NCBI RefSeq assembly: GCF_902459465.1
Contig: NC_047073.1
Coordinates: 7,254,001 to 7,318,000, forward strand
DNA length: 64,000 bases
From: Asterias rubens
Taxonomy: Eukaryota
Reading direction: 5' to 3'
Part shown: positions 63,422 through 64,000 of the stretch, in pieces
Layout: every line of letters begins with the position of its first letter
How positions within the stretch are numbered: position 1 is the first letter of the stretch
The notes under the pieces: generated by a model
Seen by the model: the letters and a program-made list of their open reading frames with translations, nothing else
Database searches by the model: none
Told to the model about the DNA's origin: nothing
Program-made: the position numbers and the translations under genes

Positions 63422-64000
63422 TTAAAAAAACCTTCACCGTCTATCCAAGCAGCAGTTATAAATTATGATGTAACTAATTAGAAACAGGTGAGCAGAAAGT
63501 AAAATGGCTAGAGGCCTCATTGCATTAGGAAGTTTGTCCCAAAAGAGTGCTCTCACTGAACTCAATGAAGAGCTATCATTGGCTGTCGAGAGTTGCGCCT
63601 GGCGCGTACACGCGTGTACGGACGGTTTCATGTTTTATGCAAGGGGTCTGTTTTCTGTGGGATCTAAAGGTTAAATGGTTTTGACATGGGACTTAGAAAA
63701 TGTAGGTGTCAGTAGAGTTACCAGGTGATTTTCCATTGATTACAGCCCTGAACATGCACAGTCATTACCGAGGACAATGGATTTACCTAGTAAGTCTGCT
63801 GCCACCAAGCGTCCCATAAGTTCCCCATTGTATGACGGTCCGGGTAGGTCAATTTAGGGTGGGTTGATGTGTGTGTGTGTGTGTGTGTGGGGGGGGGGGG
63901 CTAGATTGACGAGGTTTGGGGGTTCCAACCACATCCACATCAACTGGTGTTAGTTCCGTTTTCGGAGCTAAAAGGAGAAGTTTTTTTACCACAAAATTGT

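Overview
AT-rich animal genomic DNA, most likely an echinoderm such as a sea star (inferred from recalled repeat families, not verified). I could not identify any intact host protein-coding gene, rRNA, functional tRNA gene or CRISPR array. The window is a dense mosaic of transposons and tandem repeats. Large elements: a defective BEL/Pao LTR retrotransposon (29939-37029); a decayed Academ-type (AcademX, XPG-nuclease-bearing) DNA transposon (19346-~23946) whose transposase is split by an RTE LINE; and an LTR element with a 4-bp TSD containing the 42-nt 3' half of tRNA-Pro including CCA (15391-16926). Small elements: about 15 TTAA-flanked Kolobok-type MITEs, piggyBac, hAT and Harbinger-like MITEs, a non-autonomous Helitron, tRNA-derived SINEs, and two families of hairpin-plus-inverted-site elements that may be Crypton/tyrosine-recombinase-dependent. 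An 8-kb foldback satellite (10.0-18.3 kb) hosts several of these insertions. The most unusual signals are the over-long tRNA primer copy, the three-site hairpin elements with C-GAA-G mini-hairpins, and a BEL copy carrying 7 in-frame stops although its LTRs differ by only about 1%. All alignments and counts were done by eye.
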